NCBI GenBank assembly: GCA_963817385.1
Contig: CAWFOM010000005.1
Span: forward strand, 384,001 to 448,000
Length of the DNA stretch: 64,000 nucleotides
Source of the DNA: an uncultured delta proteobacterium
GTDB lineage: Bacteria > Desulfobacterota > Syntrophia > Syntrophales > UBA5619
Direction of reading: 5' to 3'
Both the position numbers and the translations under genes were made by a program. The notes beneath the pieces were generated by a model. It made no database searches, was not told where the DNA came from, and was given only the letters and a program-made list of their open reading frames with translations. This document shows positions 53,742 through 62,852 of the stretch, piece after piece. Every line of letters begins with the position of its first letter. Position 1 is the stretch's first letter.

Positions 53742-53834
53742 CATTTCGCTTCTTCGGTGCGGAGACCCTTCTTTTCAGGCGGCGGTCTCAAGGGGGCTGT
53801 GCGGTGGCAAAGGAAAGGAAAAACAGGGTGATGC

Positions 53835-54479
53835 ATGTCGAGCTCCGTCCTGCTGGCGGTGATCGGCCTGCTGATGCTTGCGGATGACTGCCGGGCCTTT
53901 CCCTACCGGCCGGCGGCTGCAGTGAGTATATTATCGGAATATGCGGCTTTCAATGATTCGGCCCCGCCCCATACCCAGGTTTGGAAGGTTGTGCCGGAAG
54001 TCGGTCCTGGCGGCGCATCGATCCTGCGGTTTTTCCTGGAAGCATCGGCCGAGGCGGTTACCGTGTGTGAACTCAGGCTTCCCTCGCCCGGGGCTGCCGG
54101 AGAAATCCGGTGGAAAGGGATGGGGGAGAGCGGACAAAAGAAAAGCGGCGCGGGCATATTGCTTCTGCCCGGCTTTCCGGCGCCATGCGATGTTCTCCCC
54201 GTCGGCCGGGGCGATAGAGGCGCGGCGTACGAGGAGAGAATCGAAGCCGGAGGCAGGGTGTTCTCCAAGAGTTACCGGGTTTCCTTTGCGGCATTCACTG
54301 TCGCCGACGCAAAGGCGATGGGCTGGATCAGGGTAGAGGACCCGGGCAAGGCTGGGCTGATCATGGTCACCGTTACCGATGAAAGAGGGCGCCCGGTGGT
54401 AAAGCAATTGTGGCCTGCGGACGGGTCATGGTGGCTTTATGAGGAAACGCCTCTGCGGCGTTCGTGGCTTATTCATTAG
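53835..54479 (+). CDS. Hypothetical exported protein
   Basis: Hydrophobic N-terminus; fills the gap before the next gene. Distinctive tail KQLWPADGSWWLYEETPLRRSW. No family recognised. Confidence 0.6.
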   Translation: MSSSVLLAVIGLLMLADDCRAFPYRPAAAVSILSEYAAFNDSAPPHTQVWKVVPEVGPGGASILRFFLEASAEAVTVCELRLPSPGAAGEIRWKGMGESGQKKSGAGILLLPGFPAPCDVLPVGRGDRGAAYEERIEAGGRVFSKSYRVSFAAFTVADAKAMGWIRVEDPGKAGLIMVTVTDERGRPVVKQLWPADGSWWLYEETPLRRSWLIH

Positions 54480-54497
54480 TATTGCGATAATATTACT

Positions 54498-56981
54498 ATG
54501 AAATCAATTGGTTTTACAAATCCGGGATCAATTTGGAAACTCTCCGCGGTTGCGGTGCTCTTCTCTTTTATTTTCCTTTCGGTTTTTTTTCAGCCTTTTG
54601 CTTATGCCGAGACCCAGGAGGCGTCGTTCCATCCATGGTCGGGTTACTGGTGGCCCTATACAAGAGGGGGGCTCGGCACCGGTATGGACTATCGCGGCAG
54701 GCCGGCTCCTTTGGAGAAGTACAATCTCCTCACGACCGGCATCACTTCCGGTCAGGCGCTGACTGCGTACCTGGATGTGCATTATGATCCGCAAGCGCCC
54801 GGCTGGTACGGGCTTTGCCAATACTGGGCGCTCGCCGCGTCCTACGAGCATATCGACATACTTCCTTCTTCGGAGAAAAACATCATCTTCCGGGTCGGGG
54901 ACAAGAAAGGGCTCCTGACGCTTGCTCACAACAGTGCCATTGGCGATATTGCAAATGGCTCCCAGCCCGAGGAGTTCCACTTCTGGCTTCTCAACTATAT
55001 CAAGGACCAGAAAAAGGTCTTTGTGGCCGACCTCGCTGCGGGGCCGGAGGTATGGTCATACCCGATCTATAAATACGAAATGCAAACCTCCCGAAACGGA
55101 AACGTCGAGTCGGTTTCGGTAAAGGTTTATTACGCCGATGACGTCGTGACTCCGGACTACATGGGAACAAAGGTCCGCACGTCTGATTACACCTATGACC
55201 TTTTCCTGGATGGGGCCGGGGCCATCACCGGCGGCCAGTGGACAGGGTTGAGCATCGCCGACCATCCGGAGCTCCTGAGCGTTTCCAGTGATGTCCGCAC
55301 CACTTTTCCCGGCCTGGATTATCAAGAGATCGTGAGACTTGCCGGATCCAGGGATGACTTCCTGGAGAAAGGGAGCCAGACCGTGGAGATCGGCCCGGGG
55401 ACGTACAATCTTGTCCTCCTCGATGAAGATGTGTACACGATCTCCACTGTTTCCGGGGATATTCTGTCTGTTCGGATTGAAAAAGAACCGGGGAGTTTGC
55501 AAAATATTGATGCGGTTGTCGTGGATGGGAACGGGGCAGAGGTGCAACGCGCAATCGTGTCTGAGAGTAGTCCCATGGACATCCTGATGACCTCCACAAC
55601 TCCGCCGTACATCATCCGGTTGACGCAGGCTAATTATGCGGACCCGAATATCTATCTCCTGAAGGCGGATGTGAAAAGGTCGTACACCCAGGAAGTTCCG
55701 TACATTCCCAAGGGGAGTGAGTGGTCCGGTTTCGCCCTGACCAATCCGGGAAGCACCGGGGTTGAGCGGGTGACATTGACGACGCGAGACAGGGAAGGAA
55801 AACCGATCCAGACGGTCTTGGGTCCGCTGACACTTGCGCCCGGCGAGAAGAGGATATTTCTTTTCAGCGATTTATCCGTGCGACTGCATGAACTATCCGA
55901 AACCTCCGGGCTAACCCTGTCAGCGGATGGGCCGGTGGATCTTCTCAATCTGATCGGTGAGGGTGAGCATTTCCTCACAACATTTGTCCAGGGCGATGCA
56001 CGGGGTTCTCGGCTGGTGATCCCCGATACGGCCCCTCCGATGATCTCGGGTGTGAGGATGTTCGGGGGTGTGAGAAACGAGTCGTTTGAAGAGACCCGGG
56101 TAACGCTTCGCTTATATTCGGCGGCGGGCGTACTCCTGAAGGAGGTCTCGGAGCCGATCGCTTGCACGCGAGTGGCTCTCCATCGAGCCCGGTTCCTATC
56201 CGTTCTACAGCATGCCGAAATCGGGATGGATCGAGATCCTGGGGAACGGGGAACAGATCCTGAGCGGTTTTCAATACACTTCGGATTCATCCGGTGTTGA
56301 AACCCTGTTTGCGCTCCCGGTGGGCTCTTCGAAAAAGATCGTGCCACATGTCCCCGAGCCGGGCTACTGGAGAACCCGAGTGACCCTGATCAACCCGAAT
56401 GATACGGAGAATCCCGTCAAGTTCCATCCGGCACGGGCCGGGGCGGACGGGGGAGGGGATCTCGATATCCTGCTGGCGCCCGGTGAAAAGAAGGTCCTGG
56501 AGATCCAGGATCAATTCGGAAAGAGGGAAGGGGAGCCGCTGTATCATTCGATCCTTGAGATAACCGGCCGGTATCCCCTGGTCGGTTACTTTACCTACAG
56601 CACCATCAACGGGACAGACGATGCGAGCTATCCGCTCCTGGACGACACCCATTTCAAGAGCACGCTCAGCCTGCCGCACTACCCGGGCAATGACGCAGCT
56701 ACTGGTGGACCGGGGTCGTCGTCTGCAATCCTTCGGCGGTTGCCGTTACGGTGAAGATCGAGCCCTATGATCGTGACGGGAATCTGCTGGAGGGGAATGT
56801 TATATCCGTCAACCTCGATGCCGGGGCTTATGACGTGTTTGAAGTGGCATCCCGTTTCGGGGAGTCTGCATCCGAGATCTCGTTCATCAAGTTCCGCACG
56901 GAGGGAGATTCCGGCGCTATTGGCGGTTTCTATCTGTATGGCGACAGCGGGAATCACATCTTGAGCGGGGCGAATATGTGA
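54498..56981 (+). CDS. Secreted GP42/'transglutaminase elicitor'-like protein with four C-terminal repeats of about 108 aa (frameshifts near 56162 and 56697)
   Basis: PWSGYWWP, PLEKY, WYGLCQYWALAA, DKKGLLT, EVWSYPIYKY, YDLFLDGAGAITGGQW and DHP, in the order expected for the GP42 family. Confidence 0.75.
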
Positions 56982-56987
56982 AATACG

Positions 56988-57437
56988 TTATTTCTGCTTT
57001 TTCTCCGTGGTAAATGGGGTTTTTTGCGACTGCAACCCGGACTTTACAAACCATTGCCCCCGTTCTTTAACCCAGGTTTGCATCTCGGACACCCCTTTGA
57101 AGTCGTATCCCATATACGAAATGTCTATCTTGACCTTTACCGTTGCCTGATCCCCCGAGGGAAGCATCTTTATCTCCTCTATCGCGAATCCCCGGTAATT
57201 CAGCTTTCTGGTCCGGTAAACGTAATTCTCCCGCGCTACCTTCTCGCGAGAGGTAGAGTCAAAAAACCCATAGGCGAGGTCCCATTTTCGGCCGATCTGG
57301 GCCTGCATGTAATTTTTCACCCGTTCATCGAGGGGCTCCTGTTTTGCGGTTAGGGAAGACAAAGCGGCACACCCTGCCGACAAGATCAACATCAGGCAGC
57401 ATGCCGCCGCCAATAGCGTTCGTCTTTTGCTTTTCAC
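56988..57437 (-). CDS. Lipoprotein, NTF2-like fold predicted
   Basis: Lipobox LSAG-C; RVKNY..W..AY.F; TWVKERGQWF. 4-nt overlap with the upstream gene. Confidence 0.75.
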   Translation of the reverse strand: MKSKRRTLLAAACCLMLILSAGCAALSSLTAKQEPLDERVKNYMQAQIGRKWDLAYGFFDSTSREKVARENYVYRTRKLNYRGFAIEEIKMLPSGDQATVKVKIDISYMGYDFKGVSEMQTWVKERGQWFVKSGLQSQKTPFTTEKKQK

Positions 57438-58456
57438 CGTGCTTCTCCTTTTCTTTTTTCGGGTTGTTCTTTCCGGTAACGCTCCATGAACTCCTCCGGA
57501 CTCAATTGCAGCCCCTCCATCAGTCCCTTGCGTGTTTTCCGTTGTTTTGCCGTTACCTGGGCCTGTTTATGCTTTTCTACGAGTCTCGCGATCTCCCCAT
57601 TGTCCTGAACGGAACCATCCAACGGGATATATCTTCTTTCGCTCACGCTGAGTGCCGGCTTTTCATCGAGGGTGATCTTGAGTAATCCCAGTATCTTTCC
57701 CAGGGACCCTGTCTGGAGGAGCACGGTTTTCTCGGAAGCCTTTGCAAAAAACGGGTCATCGCTTCCGGACGAAATGGCCACGTCAATTCCTTGTACGGCC
57801 TCTGCCAGCGCAAGGGTCTTCTCTGCGTCGAATTGGGACAGCAGGATGACCAGATCGGCCTTTCCCCTCACCTCGGCCAGCAGCCTGTTCAGGGCGGTCT
57901 CCGGGGGTATGACCTCCAACCCTTTCACCTGTCCCTGATCAGGGAGTTGCGCGAGGCCATCCGGATCTAATATGCCGAGAATGGCTACTTTTATGCCGCC
58001 CACCTCCTTGATGAGGTACTCCCGGGTCCAGGGAAGCCTGCTGCCGCCATAAAGCAGATTTGATGCAATATAGGGGAAGGAGACAGGGGAACGCGCATGT
58101 TCGAGGAATTCCTTTCCAAAATTGAACTCCGGACTTCCAAGATTTAAGGCATCGTATCCCATCAGTTCCATTGCCTGCAACTGTAATTCGGCCGTATCTT
58201 TTTGACGATCGAAAACCGCCCCGCAATCCAGGAGCAGGACTGATGGTTCGCTTTTCCGGATAGATTCTATCATCTGTGCGCGCCGGGCCAGACCGCCCGA
58301 GCTCTTCGCACCTCAGGAAGGACAAGGATCAATGGTACCCTTTACGGAACCGGTGTAAAGGATGGTGATGGTCTTGGCGCCTGCGGCAAAAGAGACAGGC
58401 AACCACGAGATGCTAAGTACCAACGATAATAGGAATGGAAGGAGAAACCGTTTCAT
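57434..58456 (-). CDS. Secreted UshA-like selenoprotein, 340 aa, CxxU motif (Sec at TGA 58315-58313)
   Basis: Signal peptide, TILYTG..GTIDPCPS-TGA-GAKSSGGLARRA, in frame with a 5'-nucleotidase-like fold (LLLDCG, MGYDALNLG, FPYIASNL, GIKVAILG). SECIS directly downstream. Confidence 0.88.
58276..58312 (-). promoter_or_regulatory. Bacterial SECIS element
   Basis: UGA-G-GUGCG-AAGAGCU-CGGGC-GGUCUG-GCCCG-GCG-CGCAC: two stems, with the apical GGUCUG starting 19 nt after UGA, like the E. coli fdhF SECIS tip. Confidence 0.8.
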
Positions 58457-58558
58457 GTTAACCCCTTGTGGAAAGATTTTTTTCTGTAATTCCGCATATC
58501 GACGGCGCATCTTTACCACGCTGGATTTTTGAAAGCAATACTTTTTATGGAAGCGAAT

Positions 58559-58653
58559 GTGAATTGCAAATTGCCTTTTCCTGTAAAAGCGGATATGGGT
58601 AACACGCAGGACGGAACGGGATGATGTGTTGCAAAAACGGTTAGAGCCCTGAG
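58559..58653 (+). repeat. Copy 1 of a duplicated intergenic leader of about 95 bp
   Basis: GTGAATTGCAAATTG..TTTTCC.GTAAAAG.GGATATGGGTA..GGATGAT.TGTTG..AAAA.GGTT.GAG.CC.GAG is shared with 60570-60665. Confidence 0.9.
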
Positions 58654-58671
58654 AATTTATTTAGGTTATCA

Positions 58672-60573
58672 ATGGCAAAAGGGTCGAAGAAAAAAGTATC
58701 GGATAACAAGAAAAAAGCCGACAAGATGCCGACAGGATCTGTCAAGGCAGCGGATTTTTTCCGGAAACCGGTTGTCCATATCCTGATCATTGTCGTCTTG
58801 GGCGTTCTGATTTATTCGAATACCTTCAACATTCCTTTTGCCTTTGATGATACCTCCAGCATCAGGTATAATTCTACTATAAAGGATGTTCATCATATTA
58901 TCGATCCGCAAAATATCTATAGCAATCGACTTATCGGGCAATTGACCTTTGCGTTAAACTATCAACTGCACGGACTCAATGTGGCCGGCTACCATATTTT
59001 CAACCTTTTAATTCATCTGTTGAATGCCCTGCTCGTTTACTGGTTGATTATTCTTACCTTCAGGACCCCATACGTGTCTGCATATCTTCAGAAGGATGTT
59101 TTAAAGACTTCAGATCCCTACCGCTGGATCCCCTTATTTACAGCCCTTCTCTTTGTAAGCCATCCGGTTCAGACCCAGGCCGTGACATATATTGTCCAAA
59201 GATATGCATCTCTATCAACATTGTTTTATCTGGTTTCTCTGGTCACGTATGTCAAGGCAAGGGGTGCCGACTCATCAAAGAAGGCAAGATATGCCTTGTA
59301 TGCAGCGTCGATCATTTCCGCTGTCCTGGCTATGAGGACAAAAGAGATTGCCTTTACCTTGCCGATTATCGTCTTGCTTTATGAATTCATGTTTTTCCGG
59401 GGTGATATCAAGAAACGGATGCTTTACCTGCTTCCTCTGCTTCCCCTCCTTCTGACGATGTTTATTATCCCTTTGTCCATGATGTTACGGCAGAGCGGAT
59501 CAACAGGGGCAAGTGGGATTGATGCATTAACAAAGATAGCAGGTTCCGTGGATGTCTCGCGGTGGGATTATTTGAACACGCAGTTCCGGGTCATTGTGAC
59601 GTACATCAGGTTGTTGTTTCTCCCGGTTAATCAGAATCTTGATTACGATTATCCCATATACAGGACATTCTTTACACCTCCGGTATTTTTGTCTTTTTTT
59701 GTTCTTTTGGGTGTATTTTGTTGGGGGATATATCTGCTTTACCGTTCGTACAAATCAGACCAGGCAAACCATTGCTGGTACAGGTTGATTGCTTTTGGGA
59801 TATTCTGGTTTTTTGTGACCTTATCGGTTGAATCGAGCATTATCCCTATTGAGGATGTCATTTTTGAACACAGGCTATATCTCCCCTCGGTCGGATTTTC
59901 TATGGCGATCATGTCGGGGGTTGTATTCATTTACGTGAGACTGGCAAACCAGACAAAAGTAGTAGCGAAAGTATTCTTACCGGTAATGATCTTGATGGTG
60001 ATCAGTTTATCACTGACAGCCTATGCGAGGAATATGGTCTGGTCGGATAAGGTGACACTGTGGGAGGATGTGGTCAAAAAAAGTCCCTACAAGACTCGAC
60101 CTCATTACAACCTGGCAGAGGCTTATCAGAAACAGGGTCGTCTTAATGATGCTGTCAAGGAATATCAGACGGCGATAAACCTTAAACCGGATCTGGTTGA
60201 GCCCCATTACAATCTGGGGTTGGCTAACCAGGCACTGGGGCGTTTCGATGACGCTGTCAGGGAATATCAGACGGCGATAAAACTCAAACCGGATTATGCT
60301 GATGCCCATAACAACCTGGGCGTGACGTATGGGATGCAGGGTCGTTTTGATGACGCTATCAAGGAATATCAGACGGCGATAAAACTTGAACCGGGTTATG
60401 CTAAGGCCTATAACAACCTGGGCGTGGCTTATCATCGCCAGGGACGTCTTGATGACGCTGTCAGAGAATATCAGACGGCGATAAAACTCAAACCGGATTA
60501 TGCTGATGCCCATAACAACCTGAGGTTAGCTTATCAGCAACAGAGTCGTCAGACTACCCGGGGAGTAAAGTGA
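58672..60573 (+). CDS. TMTC-like GT-C membrane protein with C-terminal TPRs (candidate protein O-glycosyltransferase)
   Basis: YSNTF..PFAFDD, YHIFNLLIHLLN, LFVSHPVQTQAVTYIVQR, KE, EHRLYLPSVG, RNMVW, then about four 34-aa TPRs (102-bp repeats at 60100-60540). Confidence 0.85.
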   Translation: MAKGSKKKVSDNKKKADKMPTGSVKAADFFRKPVVHILIIVVLGVLIYSNTFNIPFAFDDTSSIRYNSTIKDVHHIIDPQNIYSNRLIGQLTFALNYQLHGLNVAGYHIFNLLIHLLNALLVYWLIILTFRTPYVSAYLQKDVLKTSDPYRWIPLFTALLFVSHPVQTQAVTYIVQRYASLSTLFYLVSLVTYVKARGADSSKKARYALYAASIISAVLAMRTKEIAFTLPIIVLLYEFMFFRGDIKKRMLYLLPLLPLLLTMFIIPLSMMLRQSGSTGASGIDALTKIAGSVDVSRWDYLNTQFRVIVTYIRLLFLPVNQNLDYDYPIYRTFFTPPVFLSFFVLLGVFCWGIYLLYRSYKSDQANHCWYRLIAFGIFWFFVTLSVESSIIPIEDVIFEHRLYLPSVGFSMAIMSGVVFIYVRLANQTKVVAKVFLPVMILMVISLSLTAYARNMVWSDKVTLWEDVVKKSPYKTRPHYNLAEAYQKQGRLNDAVKEYQTAINLKPDLVEPHYNLGLANQALGRFDDAVREYQTAIKLKPDYADAHNNLGVTYGMQGRFDDAIKEYQTAIKLEPGYAKAYNNLGVAYHRQGRLDDAVREYQTAIKLKPDYADAHNNLRLAYQQQSRQTTRGVK

Positions 60574-60665
60574 ATTGCAAATTGTGTTTTCCCGTAAAAG
60601 TGGATATGGGTAGGGCGTAAGACAAAACAGGATGATTTGTTGTGAAAAATGGTTGGAGACCCGAG
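60570..60665 (+). repeat. Copy 2 of the duplicated leader
   Basis: Collinear with 58559-58653. Its first TGA is the stop codon of the TMTC-like gene. Confidence 0.9.
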
Positions 60666-60682
60666 TAACTTTTATATAAAAA

Positions 60683-61543
60683 ATGGCTGAAATCATCAAA
60701 ATAATATCCCCCAAGGGAGAGAGTGTCACAGGGTTTGTCAATCCGGTCCGGATCGTATCGCATCTCTGGAAATACCGGGACCTGATACGACAGTTGACAT
60801 GGCGTGAGGTTGTGGGGCGCTACAAGGGATCGTTTATCGGGCTGGGATGGTCATTCATTCAACCACTGATCATGCTGTGTGTTTACACGTTTGTTTTTTC
60901 GGTTATCTTCAAGGCCAGGTGGGGCGTCGAGTCCGATGAAGGCAAAGCCGCTTTCGCCCTTGCCCTGTTTATGGGATTGATAACCTTCAGTATTTTTTCA
61001 GAAGTGGCAAATTCTGCCCCTTCTCTGGTGCTGGGCAGCGCCAATTATGTCAAGAAGGTGGTTTTTCCTCTGGAAATTCTTCCTCTTGTGAGGCTTTTCA
61101 GCGTCTTGATAAATGCTGTTTTCAGTCTGGGTGTGCTGTTCATGGGAATCCTTATCTTCAATCATTTTATCCACTGGACAGCGTTCCTGCTTCCGCTCAT
61201 ATGGTTGCCGATGATGATGTTTACGCTGGGTTGTGGCTACTTTCTGGCTTCTCTTGGGGTATTTGTAAGAGATATAGGAACCGTCATCGGCGTTTTGACC
61301 ACAATGCTTTTTTTTCTTACCCCAATCTTTTACCCCATAAACGCTGTGCCCGAACAGTTTCGTATTTTTTGCCGGATAAATCCGATTGCCATATTTGTGG
61401 AGGGTGCCCGCAGGGTTGTGCTGTGGGGCCTTTTCCCGGACTGGCTCTGGTTTTTTTTCGGCATGGCCTTGTCTGTTGCGGTGTTGATCTTTGGTTTTGT
61501 GTGGTTTATGAAGAGTAAAAAGGCCTTTGCGGATGTCATATAG
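60683..61543 (+). CDS. wzm: Second ABC-2 glycan exporter permease
   Basis: REVVGRYKGS, NYVKKVVFPLEILP, FVRDI, FLTPIFYP, INP, FADVI. Confidence 0.95.
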   Translation: MAEIIKIISPKGESVTGFVNPVRIVSHLWKYRDLIRQLTWREVVGRYKGSFIGLGWSFIQPLIMLCVYTFVFSVIFKARWGVESDEGKAAFALALFMGLITFSIFSEVANSAPSLVLGSANYVKKVVFPLEILPLVRLFSVLINAVFSLGVLFMGILIFNHFIHWTAFLLPLIWLPMMMFTLGCGYFLASLGVFVRDIGTVIGVLTTMLFFLTPIFYPINAVPEQFRIFCRINPIAIFVEGARRVVLWGLFPDWLWFFFGMALSVAVLIFGFVWFMKSKKAFADVI

Positions 61544-61570
61544 CATAAGGTTTACTTCTGGGAAGAGTGT

Positions 61571-62851
61571 ATGTCTCATGATTTTGCAGTTCGCGCCAAT
61601 AATTTAGGCAAGTGTTACCAGATTTATGAGAAGCCGCTGGACCGTCTGAAACAATCTCTCTGGCGGGCACGAAAACGGTTCTATCGGGAGTTTTGGGCCC
61701 TCAAGGAGTGCTCGTTCGAAATCAAGAAAGGAGAAACTGTCGGGGTAATCGGCTCCAACGGGTCCGGGAAATCAACACTATTGCAAATCATTTGCGGCAC
61801 ACTGAATCCGACCGAGGGTGAGCTGGGAGTGAGCGGCCAGATCGCCGCTTTATTAGAGTTAGGGGCGGGATTCAATCCGGAGTTCACGGGACGTGAAAAT
61901 GTCTATATGAGCGCAGCCATCATGGGGATTTCCCGGTCAGAGATAGAATCAAGATATGATAATATTGCCGCCTTTGCCGATATTGGCAGCTTCATTGAAC
62001 AGCCGGTAAAGATATATTCCAGCGGAATGTATGTCCGACTGGCATTCGCCGTCGCGGTCAATGTGTCACCGGACATCCTTGTGGTGGATGAAGCGCTGTC
62101 CGTGGGTGATGCCCGTTTTCAGCAAAAATGCATGGCGAAGATAAGGATGTTTTGTCAGACCGGTACGGTGATCTTTGTTTCGCATGATACGGCTGCGGTG
62201 ACGGAGCTGTGCTCCCGGGCCATCTGGATCGAGTCGGGAAGAATTAGGATGGATGGATCGCCGAAGTTCGTCGTGGAGAAATACCTTCAATTTATGTATG
62301 AAGGGGACAGCAGATTTGAGGCGCCGGTCTTGAAAAGCGATGGGGATTCTCAGCGCGATTTTGATACAGGCGGATTTACGCCGGTGGGAGACGATATACG
62401 GCAGTTTGGGGACCGCCGGGTTACCATAGAGGCCGTGCGTCTTGTTTCCCAAGGATCCCAGAACGGTGTCGTGTATGCAGGACAGGCGTGCGAGATCGGC
62501 ATAGCGCTGCGTACTCATAACGACATCGCAAACCCCATAGTTGGCTTTATCGTCAAGGACCGTCTGGGCCGCGAGATTCTCGGCGACAATACGCACTTGA
62601 TCAAAAAGAAACTCCCTTCATTGTCAAGTGGAAAGAGATACGTGATAACCTTTCAAATTGATGCGTGGCCAAATCTGCTTGAGGGAGAATATTCCCTAAC
62701 AGTTGCCATAGCAGACGGCGCATTGCATGACCATATGCAATGCCACTACCTGCATGATGCCCTGATCTTCAAAAGTGTTCCTGTCAGGATGCCCGGTGGG
62801 ATACTTTCTATTCCAAATACCAAGGTCGGATTTTTTCCGGAGGAAAGTTGA
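61571..62851 (+). CDS. wzt: Second ABC glycan exporter ATPase with Wzt_C domain
   Basis: GSNGSGKSTLL, YSSGMYVRLAF, DEALSVGDARFQQKC. Confidence 0.95.
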   Translation: MSHDFAVRANNLGKCYQIYEKPLDRLKQSLWRARKRFYREFWALKECSFEIKKGETVGVIGSNGSGKSTLLQIICGTLNPTEGELGVSGQIAALLELGAGFNPEFTGRENVYMSAAIMGISRSEIESRYDNIAAFADIGSFIEQPVKIYSSGMYVRLAFAVAVNVSPDILVVDEALSVGDARFQQKCMAKIRMFCQTGTVIFVSHDTAAVTELCSRAIWIESGRIRMDGSPKFVVEKYLQFMYEGDSRFEAPVLKSDGDSQRDFDTGGFTPVGDDIRQFGDRRVTIEAVRLVSQGSQNGVVYAGQACEIGIALRTHNDIANPIVGFIVKDRLGREILGDNTHLIKKKLPSLSSGKRYVITFQIDAWPNLLEGEYSLTVAIADGALHDHMQCHYLHDALIFKSVPVRMPGGILSIPNTKVGFFPEES

Positions 62852-62852
62852 A

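Noticed and set aside
53237..53887. 216-aa ORF as a separate gene
   Set aside because: Its middle is the frameshifted end of the 52476 gene and the rest runs through terminator hairpins.
60100..60540. 102-bp repeats as a non-coding array
   Set aside because: They encode ordinary 34-aa TPR units.
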